The notes: generated by a model not told the origin, from the sequence alone. A stretch of 64,000 nt of DNA from an uncultured virus (IMG/VR IMGVR_UViG_3300042691_045142) (IMGVR_UViG_3300042691_045142); one strand, 5' to 3'; counted from the first letter of the stretch, positions 38,708 through 48,376 are shown. Numbers and translations are program-made.

Positions 38708-39414
38708 GATGCCAACTCCACATTTCCTAGATTCCAGTGTACTCGATCACTGGGGAAATGCTGTTTGTAGTGCCAATGCGCCTGTACGTTAAGTGGCTCA
38801 CCACGTGCGAACAAACTGTCTACTAGACTACGCAGTGGATTGTTGCTCAACACTGACCACATTGTGGAAATACCATTACTGTCGGAAAACCAATATTGAT
38901 AGGTTTCTGCACGACGGCGACTGGAAAGTATCTTGGCCACAGGAGTGATCGTACCAGGTCGTGTTTCTGCCACATGCTCTCTAGATTCAAGTCCTGCGGT
39001 TTTGCCAAACACTTCAGCTAGAGTCATATCTTCAACATAAAAATATGGCAGTTTCATGATGATACCAACTTGGTCGCTCATGATGGGTGTTTCACCAGAC
39101 ACAATGCCGTATAGTAAAGTCTGATAATCGCTCAGTGGTTGGCCTTTCAGCGTCTGCATCATGATCTTGTCACGATAATATTTTCGAGTCTGCGAAGCAA
39201 TCACTCGATCGTGCTCAAAGGCTTCAACCTCGTTGAGGCCAACCCAGCGACGGGCAGGAAACTTGGTCCACACACGATAGCTGGCCCAACTCAGAGCGAT
39301 GGGGTCATCTGCAAAGGTCACTTCTTGGGCAGTTTTATTCTTGCGTAGGATATCATTTTCCCAATCTTCAAACAGTTCCTTGAGATTGACTGTTGCTGTA
39401 GTTGTTAGTCCCAT
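38704..39414 (-). CDS. Hypothetical protein
   Basis: 236-aa ORF in operon. Confidence 0.7.
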   Translation of the reverse strand: MGLTTTATVNLKELFEDWENDILRKNKTAQEVTFADDPIALSWASYRVWTKFPARRWVGLNEVEAFEHDRVIASQTRKYYRDKIMMQTLKGQPLSDYQTLLYGIVSGETPIMSDQVGIIMKLPYFYVEDMTLAEVFGKTAGLESREHVAETRPGTITPVAKILSSRRRAETYQYWFSDSNGISTMWSVLSNNPLRSLVDSLFARGEPLNVQAHWHYKQHFPSDRVHWNLGNVELAS

Positions 39415-40130
39415 AGTGCCTCGTAGTATTTGCCAAAAAGTCTAAATCCATTAGAGATACGGTCCTGTACCTTCTTCATACCATCCATGTCGAGTTCATG
39501 TGTATGATTAGGACCGTTCTTTATCTCAAAATATCGGTGTTCGCCTTTGGGCACTTCGTTGCCGTCTTTGTCCACGGGCACCCATAACCAGTCAATGTCT
39601 CCTGAATGAAACTCACTGGCCCAGTCATCCTTGCACTTCATTTCAAAAGCAAAGATCATTTCATCTAGTGCCCAGTCCCAACGCTTGAAGTGATTGCCAT
39701 CGGTATCCCACTCGTTTTCCTTGGCCGGTGCGGCTGTGCTACGCAAATGTTCAGGCACATCCTCATCGTCAACATTAGGAGCACCGTGTTTGGTCTCTTT
39801 GAGTTGTCGAAGCATGGGCAACGCGATCTCAGCCAAGGTATGATCCATCGACCATGTGTCCCAGCGATCGAGTTTGACATAAGTGATACGAGGATGCACA
39901 CGATCCAGCACCCACTGGATGGCACTGGAGATTGGTGTCAGCCTGTCTGCCCAACGTTCAACCCACTCAGGATGATCTACATACTGACTCTTTTCTCTCT
40001 TTTCATCTTCGAGACTCTGTGCCAAGGTCCAGCGACCGCAACGGCTCCAGTCGGTCCAGAAAAAAGCATATTCCAGGATCTTGTAAGGTGAGATCCAGTG
40101 ATTGCGATAGTTAGATATATAAACTTTCAT
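39405..40130 (-). CDS. Conserved phage hypothetical protein
   Basis: DTWSMDHTLA.I.LPML.QLK..KHG.P..RW...LDEMIFAFE..GF.LFGKYY..LWD. Confidence 0.8.
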   Translation of the reverse strand: MKVYISNYRNHWISPYKILEYAFFWTDWSRCGRWTLAQSLEDEKREKSQYVDHPEWVERWADRLTPISSAIQWVLDRVHPRITYVKLDRWDTWSMDHTLAEIALPMLRQLKETKHGAPNVDDEDVPEHLRSTAAPAKENEWDTDGNHFKRWDWALDEMIFAFEMKCKDDWASEFHSGDIDWLWVPVDKDGNEVPKGEHRYFEIKNGPNHTHELDMDGMKKVQDRISNGFRLFGKYYEALWD

Positions 40131-40660
40131 TGTTTCATTCCAAAATGTTCTTTTAAAATCCAGGCCGCGGTGTTCTCATCAAATGGGAAAGGTTCATTCT
40201 TCCATTCTAGCAGTTGCTTGATGCATTCCTCTACAATGAGTTCGCCAAAACGTTGTTGGATGTCGGGATTGATCGACGGATAGTGACTACCACCTGCCAT
40301 CAAGCTCAGTTGTTTAAAAACTTCATTCATTACCATACCTCCACGTCTGTAATGTCTGCTTCATAATCACGTTCACTCTTATTGGTATGACAGAATACAT
40401 GATGACTAGCACCAATGCCCGACGTATGACTTTCAAAAATGGTTACAGATTCAACTCGATCATCAATAGTAATAAGTGTTAGTATACGCTCAAGTTGTTT
40501 TCTTGTCAAGGTTATCTGCGTGGCCATTACCAGTCTCCTCGATCAATCCAAACTCGAATGGTTAGAAAAAGGAAGCCGGCGGCCCAGGTACGCTCGGCTT
40601 CGCCCCATTCGCCCAAGGTCACGTCTCGGAACCAGGGCAGTACCTTCCAATACAGTGGAT

Positions 40661-41548
40661 TTACACTGACTGTGATGCTGGCGCCGCTGTAGCGGAGATA
40701 CTGTCCAAATCTATGTATTTTGCTTGCCATCGATCTGCCTTGTCTTCATAGCCAATATAGCCACGTGGGTTACAGACCACACGGGTTGATCCAATCATGT
40801 AGTCAAAATCTTCATGAGTGTGCCCATGTGTCCACAGCACGATTTCCGGATGGTCCAACATGATATTGTCCAACGGAGTAGAGTAGCAACCGTTCATCAG
40901 GATGTCATGCTGGTACTTGGGATGTGTGCTGGCTCTGCTGGGTGCATGATGGCCCACTACCACCACACGTCGATCACGGTGCCCTTGCGCATGACGATTG
41001 GCCAACACTGTTTGGATGTAACCTTTCATCTTGTAGTGATCCTTGAGTGTGGCTTCAGGGATCAGATTCCAGATACCATGAGCATGTCCAGACGCACTGT
41101 TTTTGATTCCGTTGTAATCATTCATACCCCAGGACGCATGCCTCATAGTCTGTAGATCGCCACCGTTGAAATCAGTCCACAGTGTACCGCCGATAAAAGT
41201 CCAACCATCGATCTCTTTGGTCTCTTTTTCCAAGAGGTACACATTGTGAAGATACTGGTCTGTCAGCATTTTCTTAAGGATATCATAGCTCTTGGCAAAG
41301 TCACCGTGATAATGTTCATGGTTGCCCATGACATAGATCACATGCGGAAAGGCCGTGCTCACACGCTTGAAGAAATCGGATACCCTTTGGCTACGGGCAC
41401 CTTCCATGAAGTTTGAGGAGTCTGGGCGGCCGATGTCACGGGCCACACAGATATCACCACTCAAGATTAGTACATCAGCACCATCGGTATTGGGTAGATC
41501 TAGATCTCCAAACTCCAAGTGGATGTCACTGGCTATTGCTACTTTCAT
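40661..41548 (-). CDS. Calcineurin-like metallophosphoesterase
   Basis: SDIHLE, GDI, GNHE, HH.P, HGHTH, NPRGY. Confidence 0.92.
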   Translation of the reverse strand: MKVAIASDIHLEFGDLDLPNTDGADVLILSGDICVARDIGRPDSSNFMEGARSQRVSDFFKRVSTAFPHVIYVMGNHEHYHGDFAKSYDILKKMLTDQYLHNVYLLEKETKEIDGWTFIGGTLWTDFNGGDLQTMRHASWGMNDYNGIKNSASGHAHGIWNLIPEATLKDHYKMKGYIQTVLANRHAQGHRDRRVVVVGHHAPSRASTHPKYQHDILMNGCYSTPLDNIMLDHPEIVLWTHGHTHEDFDYMIGSTRVVCNPRGYIGYEDKADRWQAKYIDLDSISATAAPASQSV

Positions 41549-41897
41549 TTAGTTGCGCTTTCAGTTGTTCTAGCACGGCTTCGTCGCCGGCTACTACGCT
41601 CACACGCTGGTCTTTCCAACGTGCTTTGATGCGTTCTCTCAGTTCGGCCAAGGTCGATCCCTGGGCCATAAATTCTTCAGTGTCATTATTATACACGAAA
41701 AATACTCCGTTGTGCTGTTCCACACGACAAGGAATCAGATCAACTTGTTCTTTCAAGGCTTCATCCAGGGTTTCAAGTTGTTGCTGGATACGGCGTGCCA
41801 ATATATTGACTGCCAGTTTCAGAGCAAAATAAAACATCCAAGCACCTATGGCGATGCCCACCGAAATCCACAATACGATATCAATCGTCTCCATCAT
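41526..41897 (-). CDS. Membrane-anchored hypothetical protein
   Basis: N-terminal TM segment; FMAQG motif. Confidence 0.65.
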   Translation of the reverse strand: MMETIDIVLWISVGIAIGAWMFYFALKLAVNILARRIQQQLETLDEALKEQVDLIPCRVEQHNGVFFVYNNDTEEFMAQGSTLAELRERIKARWKDQRVSVVAGDEAVLEQLKAQLNESSNSQ

Positions 41898-42429
41898 CTT
41901 TGATCAAGCCTTTCTTTTTTGCGCCTTCAACATACCACTCAGTGAGCGGTTCTTCATCTTCATAATCGGCCATGGTCTCTGAAATGGCAAACATATCATC
42001 CAGATCCTGCGGCAAGGCATCACGAACTTCATCGCTGGTCAGGCCCGAAAACTCATAGGACTCGTCCCCGTGCTCATCATACTTACCAGCAAAACACATG
42101 CCCGGTTCGTAGTACATGGCCGTGATGTCGAACCCCAAGGCCTGCATGTTTTCATACCACTGCGTGGGCGGGGACCAAGCTGAATCAAAGTTCACGCTCA
42201 TGCTCCGTCCATCTTCGGTGATGCTGGGATCACCATAGCTGTCACCACCTACATCCCATTTGGTCCCCCAGTTCGCGATATGCCAATCATACCAGTTTTC
42301 ATTCTCAGATTCTGGCAAGGGCACAAACTCGTTGAGCAGTTCACCACGCTTGAAAGCCTCTACAGCCCGAGCGATTTCCGCTGGATCAGAGTGGCCAAGA
42401 GTCAAGGTGTTGCTACACCAGTTGGGCAT
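41881..42429 (-). CDS. DUF1281/YubB-like protein
   Basis: MPNWCSN..WYDW...NWGTKWD..FDSAWSPP..YYEPG..FAG. Confidence 0.8.
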   Translation of the reverse strand: MPNWCSNTLTLGHSDPAEIARAVEAFKRGELLNEFVPLPESENENWYDWHIANWGTKWDVGGDSYGDPSITEDGRSMSVNFDSAWSPPTQWYENMQALGFDITAMYYEPGMCFAGKYDEHGDESYEFSGLTSDEVRDALPQDLDDMFAISETMADYEDEEPLTEWYVEGAKKKGLIKDDGDD

Positions 42430-42431
42430 GA

Positions 42432-42896
42432 TTATTCCTTTGCTTTGAGCAGTTGTTTGAGTTTGAAATATTCTTCGTGCTGGATCCAGTTGTTGCCGTA
42501 CCAGAATCCCCAGTCTTGGCGCTGTGGTCCAGGCATAAACAAGGTCCAAGCAGTTACACCCGGCTTGAGTTCAATACGGTGATAACTGTTGGCACCGCAA
42601 CGACGAAAGTGTCCGGGCCCACGCCAATAACGAACCTCGCAAGTCTTTCTACCGCGAGCATCAAACTGCGGAACCCACTCATAATAGCCTCCTGCAAGTA
42701 TGACAGTGCAATACGACCATGGGTGATCATGTACATCGTCGGGATCTCCTTTTAAGAACTTGTGTAAGAAAATATTGAAAGGGAACCGTTTCCTATCTTT
42801 GAGGAACAGGTAGTACCTCTCCAGGTACGGTTCGTTGTCTTGCCGGTCCATGATAACACGGTATCGGCCCAATCGTTGCATGAGTTTTTTAAGCAT
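42432..42896 (-). CDS. Cupin-fold protein
   Basis: HDHPW..GGY.E..HRIEL..WTLF..WGF. Confidence 0.7.
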   Translation of the reverse strand: MLKKLMQRLGRYRVIMDRQDNEPYLERYYLFLKDRKRFPFNIFLHKFLKGDPDDVHDHPWSYCTVILAGGYYEWVPQFDARGRKTCEVRYWRGPGHFRRCGANSYHRIELKPGVTAWTLFMPGPQRQDWGFWYGNNWIQHEEYFKLKQLLKAKE

Positions 42897-42902
42897 ACAA
42901 AT

Positions 42903-42931
42903 ATTTTAATAGAAACAGAGTTTCTGGTCAA
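42903..42931 (-). promoter_or_regulatory. Sigma70 promoter, probably giving a leaderless mRNA
   Basis: TTGACC-17-TAAAAT, 6 nt from ATG at 42896. Confidence 0.75.
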
Positions 42932-42935
42932 CCAT

Positions 42936-42965
42936 AAAAAAAAGGCTATCCGGAGATAGCCTTTT
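42936..42965 (-). terminator. Intrinsic terminator
   Basis: AAAAGGCTATC-CGGA-GATAGCCTTTT hairpin with T-run on minus strand. Confidence 0.85.
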
Positions 42966-43003
42966 CAAAGAGGTGGTCGTTTTGATGCGACCAGCGAACT
43001 CTA

Positions 43004-43276
43004 TTAGACCAAGCCCATGGCAAGAGCTTTGTAACCAGCGGCTACAATCTTGCGGCTTGGCTTACCGAGCACATACTCGGTGACCTTGACACCGTTGCCT
43101 GCCACACGCTTGTTGGCATACACGGCAAAGCCTGCCTGACGGATACGGCTAACTTCGGCACTGATGTTCTTGATGCCAAAACGCTTCTCTGCTTGGGAAG
43201 GAGTCACAACGTCGCCATTATGGAGAGCGTTGAACAGTTTATAGGTCTTAGTTTCTTCGTTGAATCGAGTAATCAT
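43004..43276 (-). CDS. Winged-helix-like DNA-binding protein
   Basis: T..Q...RFGIKN..A..S.IR..G..VY.N..Y.LG.PSR pattern. Confidence 0.6.
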   Translation of the reverse strand: MITRFNEETKTYKLFNALHNGDVVTPSQAEKRFGIKNISAEVSRIRQAGFAVYANKRVAGNGVKVTEYVLGKPSRKIVAAGYKALAMGLV

Positions 43277-43390
43277 TTATGATTTTCCTTTAAAGTAAAT
43301 CGCCGAACGCAAACTTGTTGTCTCAGCGTAGGACTAGTATAGCAAACTCCACGGGCAAGGTCTACTATTTTGATGATCTACTTTGCCGGA

Positions 43391-43777
43391 TTATACAGTT
43401 TCGGCGGTCTCGGTGATATGACGACATTTACCTCTGAATCCAAAACCTGGACAAGTGCATGACCACTGTCCTGCAGAAAGGTTCACGAAATACTTGTTGC
43501 CTTTGGAACCAGCCACTGTCCAAACTTGCCCCTGCGGTTTAGCGGGTTCTTCTTTGTCAACACGGATGGTGAGATCAAACTTCCAGAGATTCTTTTTCTG
43601 CTCTACAAACTTGCGCCTGCGGCGATCAATCCGGAGAGGAGTGCGAAGTACCTCCGCTGGACCTTCTCCCCATTTGGAATAGGCATATACCTTGTCACCA
43701 TCCATGAGATACACATGGTTGGGCTGGCGCGAAACATCACGCCATTCTGTGACCTCTTTGACGATCTTGAGAGCCAT
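43391..43777 (-). CDS. SWIM zinc-finger protein
   Basis: GSKG..Y.V..WSCTCPGFGFRGKCRH. Confidence 0.8.
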   Translation of the reverse strand: MALKIVKEVTEWRDVSRQPNHVYLMDGDKVYAYSKWGEGPAEVLRTPLRIDRRRRKFVEQKKNLWKFDLTIRVDKEEPAKPQGQVWTVAGSKGNKYFVNLSAGQWSCTCPGFGFRGKCRHITETAETV

Positions 43778-44040
43778 CACATGCTCCAATAAGATTCGGA
43801 ACTGGGCGAGCAGAAGTACGGAGTATCGTAGCGTTCTTTGAACTCTGCGCCACCCATCAAGTTCTTGCGGACGACATAGGTCTCATGGATTTCGAAACGA
43901 TATCCATGGCTGGGGAAATAGGTGTGTTTATACACATGCTCCAAGGCACCACGATCTGCGGTGCTGTGATCCACCTTGCGGACCAGGCGCTCGCCTGCTT
44001 TGGTACGACGATCTTTTTTGTAGACTTCAACGGTGTACAT
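43777..44040 (-). CDS. Hypothetical protein
   Basis: YKKDRRTK.GER..TPYFCSPSSESYWSM; own promoter at 44069-44098. Confidence 0.75.
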   Translation of the reverse strand: MYTVEVYKKDRRTKAGERLVRKVDHSTADRGALEHVYKHTYFPSHGYRFEIHETYVVRKNLMGGAEFKERYDTPYFCSPSSESYWSM

Positions 44041-44105
44041 GTCAGCTCCTTTTTTACACTATACCTATATTATAGCCGAAAATGGGGTTTTTGGTCAACC
44101 TCTTT

Positions 44106-44336
44106 TTATCTGCTGAAAAACAAGCCCAGGACATAGATGCCCAACAGGCCTGCGTTGACAGTGATCATTGCACGGTCACGGATACGGAAAGCCCACCATA
44201 AGAACAGCAGACTACCCACATTGAGCAGGTAGACATTGAGTGGGTCTATCCGCAAACTGGTACACAGGGCACCAGCCAGGGTGATCCAAGTGGCTGTCCA
44301 CTTGAGACCCACTGTGAGTCTATCTTGGGGCATCAA
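44106..44336 (-). CDS. Small 3-TM membrane protein
   Basis: LKW.AT..P.N......G..L...W pattern. Confidence 0.65.
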   Translation of the reverse strand: MMPQDRLTVGLKWTATWITLAGALCTSLRIDPLNVYLLNVGSLLFLWWAFRIRDRAMITVNAGLLGIYVLGLFFSR

Positions 44337-44608
44337 GCTACCTCAAGCAGGTTGGCCGGAACATTGTAGCGACCTTTGGAAGTGTCCACCAAGATAAACT
44401 TCTGCTTCACCCGGTTCACAGTACCGTGGATGTCCATGCCCAGTTTGGGATGATAGAACTTCACAGCCGCTCCCACCCGGACTTCGCGTTTGACTTCTCT
44501 AGCGATCTGGGTACGACGGAACTTGATCGCGGCAATGACGCTGTCCAGTTGATCGTTGGTGAGATCGCCTTGCATGATGGCGTGATTGATTTCTGAAATC
44601 GTGGGCAT
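44333..44608 (-). CDS. Hypothetical protein
   Basis: Helical N-terminus plus SH3-like C-terminus. Confidence 0.65.
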   Translation of the reverse strand: MPTISEINHAIMQGDLTNDQLDSVIAAIKFRRTQIAREVKREVRVGAAVKFYHPKLGMDIHGTVNRVKQKFILVDTSKGRYNVPANLLEVA

Positions 44609-44940
44609 TATGCGGCCTCCAAGAGTTTGAGTTCACGGGTACGGTAAGTGATCTTACCTTCGTATTCGAGCTGACTGCGCTCAAAGTCAGTGAGATAGTC
44701 GTCCGACTCCACGGACCAACCAATGATGTATTCGCGATAACCAACGCTATCTTCTTCGATCTGACCACGGAGAGCTTGCACCAGCTCTGACAGGGTTTCA
44801 GAGTTGCGTAGGTGGCCGCCTAGGGCATACGAGTAGTCGTTGCCACCTTTGAATTTCCAATACTGAGGGCAAGTACCTGTGCCGTCCCAATCGTGGGCAC
44901 CGTAGTTTTCTTCAACCTGGGTAGTGATCATCAGCTTCAT
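44608..44940 (-). CDS. Hypothetical protein
   Basis: TQ..ENYGAHDWDG.G.CPQYWKFKGG motif. Confidence 0.75.
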   Translation of the reverse strand: MKLMITTQVEENYGAHDWDGTGTCPQYWKFKGGNDYSYALGGHLRNSETLSELVQALRGQIEEDSVGYREYIIGWSVESDDYLTDFERSQLEYEGKITYRTRELKLLEAA

Positions 44941-44966
44941 CTAGCTCTCCTTATTTCTTACTATAC

Positions 44967-45024
44967 CCATATTGTAGCAAAATGGCTATTTCTGGTCAAC
45001 CTTTTTAGGTTAGTGCTTACTAAC
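44967..45024 (-). promoter_or_regulatory. Sigma70 promoter (35 bp identical to 45235-45269) plus palindrome GTTAGT-GCTT-ACTAAC
   Basis: TTGACC-17-TACAAT; palindrome at 45009-45024. Confidence 0.85.
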
Positions 45025-45213
45025 CAGGTCAAAAACGCTTTGTTGTAAAAGAGCCACATCTTCACGATCTACATAGAAGTCTGTGCGGGGGTCGTAGTAC
45101 TCGCCTGCTTTGGGATCGTAATACAGGACCTGTCCGTTGGGATAGTGGAATGGGCCCTCTAGGCCCGCACGTGGGCCATAGTTCTGATTGTGTTTGAAAA
45201 CGGTGTAGGCCAT
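45010..45213 (-). CDS. Hypothetical protein
   Basis: Start reset to MAYTVF; GLEGPF..G.VLYYDPK.G.YYDP.TD; promoter at 45239-45267. Confidence 0.75.
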   Translation of the reverse strand: MAYTVFKHNQNYGPRAGLEGPFHYPNGQVLYYDPKAGEYYDPRTDFYVDREDVALLQQSVFDLVSKH

Positions 45214-45263
45214 AGTCTGCTCCAACTGTTGAATCCATATTGTAGCAAAATGGCTATTTCTGG

Positions 45264-45698
45264 TCAACCGGTGATGATCTTGTAGATTCTGCTGGCCAAG
45301 ACCTTTTCCCTGCGCCAAGCATCCTGCTCCCAGGGTTGATCCCAATACACTGCCTTGACTGGTCGGCCCATCCAGTGGAATGTGGCTTTTTTGCCACGAT
45401 ACTTGATCTTGGCTTGACCCAGGGCAAACTGTTTGACATGTACCATTTCGTGGCACAGGGTCTCCACTAGAGATTCATTGCTCAGTGTAGAATCCAGTAG
45501 CATGATGATATGGCTAGGATCTGCAGGGTCCGGGCCCACTACCCCACGCATCTGATCTTTTTTTATCAGACCTTTTTCTGACTTCACCGTGAGAACTGAG
45601 CGTGACCTGGTGAGTTTGAGTTCATTGATCAATACCCGTACCATGCTTTCGATCAGCACTCGTCGAGCCTTGCTTTTGCATATCACTTGGTATTGCAT
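45264..45698 (-). CDS. Zincin-like metallopeptidase
   Basis: TLCHEMVHVKQF..PWE.DA. Confidence 0.75.
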   Translation of the reverse strand: MQYQVICKSKARRVLIESMVRVLINELKLTRSRSVLTVKSEKGLIKKDQMRGVVGPDPADPSHIIMLLDSTLSNESLVETLCHEMVHVKQFALGQAKIKYRGKKATFHWMGRPVKAVYWDQPWEQDAWRREKVLASRIYKIITG

Positions 45699-45838
45699 GG
45701 AGATTTTTTAGAGTTGAGCTTGTATTATAGCGCCTTGGTGTTATACTGTCGACCGTCATAAAACTTTAATATTTTGCGGTGGTGCAACATATAAATATCA
45801 GTAGAAACACTAATATGGTTTCTACTGAAAGGAAAAAT

Positions 45839-45964
45839 ATGAAAAAAATAATAGGAAATGTATGGGATTTTTTATGTGCGTTGGGAGAGGCCAAATATGC
45901 CGCAGAACTGGCACGTAACGGAAAAATCGAACAAGCTAAAAAAGTAATACTCAACCATGCTTGA
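45839..45964 (+). CDS. 41-aa small protein
   Basis: GAAAGGA RBS and TATAAATA at 45790-97 upstream. Confidence 0.55.
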   Translation: MKKIIGNVWDFLCALGEAKYAAELARNGKIEQAKKVILNHA

Positions 45965-46008
45965 TATTTTACAATGGTGGCCTGTGACCGACGAAGAATG
46001 GGAACAGC

Positions 46009-46464
46009 TCAACTATCCTCGTAAGAAATAGGTTCTAGCAACCATCCCTGGCCGGTGACATGGTGTCGCCATTGATAAAATGGTCGATCTATCACTAGTT
46101 TCCAGTTTCCATTGATGCCCAAGTATGCTGTGGGGCCTTGCGGACCGCGTTCACTGTCATAGGTGGCCAGGTGTGTCCACCCAGGCACAATCTCAAACCC
46201 GTCCAAAGTTACCGAATCGATCACTATAGCAGTTTCTTTTTCCTGTGAATACTGCTTGTCGATCAAGGCTATTTCTATTTCTATAGCGTCTTTGAGAGGC
46301 ACTTCAAAAACATGTTCTACAGACTCTTTCAACTGTAGATACTCAATGACATCTTGATTGACTCGCAACATCGCGCCAGGATATCCATTGTCGCTGATCG
46401 CAGATAACTTAACAACAACAGCAACAGTGGGATCAGTATCCGGCAGATCGGAAAAGTTGTTCAT
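46009..46464 (-). CDS. Hypothetical protein coupled to radical SAM gene
   Basis: G.NG.W...I..PFY.W.H..TG.GW C-terminus. Confidence 0.7.
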   Translation of the reverse strand: MNNFSDLPDTDPTVAVVVKLSAISDNGYPGAMLRVNQDVIEYLQLKESVEHVFEVPLKDAIEIEIALIDKQYSQEKETAIVIDSVTLDGFEIVPGWTHLATYDSERGPQGPTAYLGINGNWKLVIDRPFYQWRHHVTGQGWLLEPISYEDS

Positions 46465-47722
46465 ATTCGGGTAGGTAGTTTAGCACAGAGTTCTTGCGAC
46501 TCTGTTCCATGGTTTTAAGATATCGCACCAAGTCAGGTAGCCTATGGCTTTCATCTGGTTCAGTGCGAAGATATTCTCGGTAGCTCACTGCATCCTGTAC
46601 CAGCTGTTGAGTGACTCGATGCGGATCTCTGGTATTGATGATCTGTTTGGGATCAACCTCGGGCTGTTGATCGATCCAGGCTTGTAATCTATCAATCACC
46701 TGTTGTCGATATTGTGCGGGTAGCACTGTGGGTCGCATGAATGCTGGATCATTGAGGAAGTTACAGCTTTCTACGGCGATTCCTTCGGCCATGGCAAACT
46801 GATAAATGGTATCAAGATGTAGCACAGTGAGGATAGTGGGAGTGATACGTATCTGCATGAGCCATCCTTGTTGTCGTGCCACGTCTATCCAACGTTTCAT
46901 CATGCGTTCCACAGTGGCAAGATTACTGCCATATCTAGCATAATCGTTCACAGGATGTAGACATTCTACACTCATACCAAGATTGACTTCCTTGAACTCT
47001 GACAATAACTTGACGATGTCTGAGTCCCAGGTAGTAAGATTGGTAGTAAACCCAATGGTTACCTGTTGACAAAGATTGTTGTCTACTAGAGCCTGCAATA
47101 TCTTACGGAATGCAGGAGTGATCAGTGTTTCACCACCAATGAAGTGCAAGTACGCCAGTCTTGGTGTGTGTTCTAAGGTTTCAATGAACATAGACAAACT
47201 GGCAGGATCGTCCACCCAGGCCTCGGGAGGTAGTTCTTTGATGAACCCAACTCGTTTGAACTCAGAGGCCAAGCGACTGCTGGAGTGAGGTTCGCAGAAC
47301 AAGCAAGCAGAGTTACAGAAGTTGCCAAGGTCTATTTGCCAGTCCTGGGGTAGCTGATCTGTGACACCATCTCGATCGCGGCTGTTTTTAAACTCTTGTA
47401 ACCACGGTGTGCTCAACATGGTCTTGTCAAAGTCTGCTTGTGTGACACCTATCTTTAGTAGCTGTCTTTGCCGTCCTGATACTTTACCATGTTGCTCCAC
47501 TTGGTAACATTCACTGCATCCTGCAGGTCTTTCTCCGGCCAACATTTGCTTTCTGATATCGCTCATGCCATACTGAAACCAATACACCGGACTGTGTGTG
47601 CGTATGCTGGGCAGGCTTTGGCGATCATGTTTCACTGCCCAGCGACAGTATTCATAGTTGCCCGAGTTATTGATCCTGGTATGGAACCAAGGACTTGGAC
47701 AGAAACTGTCTCGGAGACTCAT
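46433..47722 (-). CDS. Radical SAM protein with N-terminal SPASM/twitch-like Cys domain
   Basis: FCPSPW..C..C..C N-terminus; CNSACLFC; GGE; TTN. Confidence 0.9.
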   Translation of the reverse strand: MSLRDSFCPSPWFHTRINNSGNYEYCRWAVKHDRQSLPSIRTHSPVYWFQYGMSDIRKQMLAGERPAGCSECYQVEQHGKVSGRQRQLLKIGVTQADFDKTMLSTPWLQEFKNSRDRDGVTDQLPQDWQIDLGNFCNSACLFCEPHSSSRLASEFKRVGFIKELPPEAWVDDPASLSMFIETLEHTPRLAYLHFIGGETLITPAFRKILQALVDNNLCQQVTIGFTTNLTTWDSDIVKLLSEFKEVNLGMSVECLHPVNDYARYGSNLATVERMMKRWIDVARQQGWLMQIRITPTILTVLHLDTIYQFAMAEGIAVESCNFLNDPAFMRPTVLPAQYRQQVIDRLQAWIDQQPEVDPKQIINTRDPHRVTQQLVQDAVSYREYLRTEPDESHRLPDLVRYLKTMEQSRKNSVLNYLPEYEQLFRSAGY

Positions 47723-48315
47723 TATTCTCGGTGCTCAATGATTCGGTCGACCAGGCCATAGGCCAGAGCTTCTTGTGCTGACATGAATGTGTCTCGATCC
47801 ATGTCACGTTCAAAATCTTGGTATGTTTTGCCTGCGGTGTTGTGACGGACATAGAGTTCGGTCAAGATCTGTTTCATCTTGGTGATCTCTTTGTACTGTA
47901 TTTCAATATCGCTCTGCATGCCACGAGCTCCGCCCGAAGGTTGATGGATCATATGTCGTGCATAGGGCAACATCATGCGTTTTCCTTTGGCTCCTGCATT
48001 GGCTAGAAAACTACCCATGGAACAGGCTTGCCCCATGACGATGGTCTGCACATCACACTTGATAAACTGCATGGTATCATAGATGGCCATGCCTGCTGTG
48101 ATCACACCGCCAGGCGAGTTGATATAAAAACTGATATCTTTGTCAGGATTTTCTGCTTCTAAGAACAGCATCTGCGCCACGATCAAACTGGCAGAGTGTT
48201 CGTTGACATCTGTATCCAACATGATCACGCGATCTTTGAGCAGTCGGCTGTAGATATCGTAACTGCGTTCGCCGCGGCTGGTCTGTTCCAGCACTATGGG
48301 CACTAGATTGGGCAT
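47722..48315 (-). CDS. clpP: ATP-dependent Clp protease proteolytic subunit
   Basis: DIYSRLL, YINSPGG, GQACSMG, MIHQP, DRD. Confidence 0.97.
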   Translation of the reverse strand: MPNLVPIVLEQTSRGERSYDIYSRLLKDRVIMLDTDVNEHSASLIVAQMLFLEAENPDKDISFYINSPGGVITAGMAIYDTMQFIKCDVQTIVMGQACSMGSFLANAGAKGKRMMLPYARHMIHQPSGGARGMQSDIEIQYKEITKMKQILTELYVRHNTAGKTYQDFERDMDRDTFMSAQEALAYGLVDRIIEHRE

Positions 48316-48376
48316 GGTTTCTCCTTGTTAATGTAAGTATCCAAGATAAGTATAGCATACACAGAAAAGAATCGCA

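Noticed and set aside
31988..45024. Palindromes as integron attC sites (GTT/AAC triplets, stop-codon overlap)
   Set aside because: attC runs RYYYAAC...GTTRRRY around a long imperfect hairpin. Here the order is reversed, the element is only 16-20 bp, and no integrase is visible.
30746..45269. Repeats as a CRISPR array
   Set aside because: Copies are separated by whole genes at irregular distances and are explained by -35/-10 promoter elements; no cas genes are seen.
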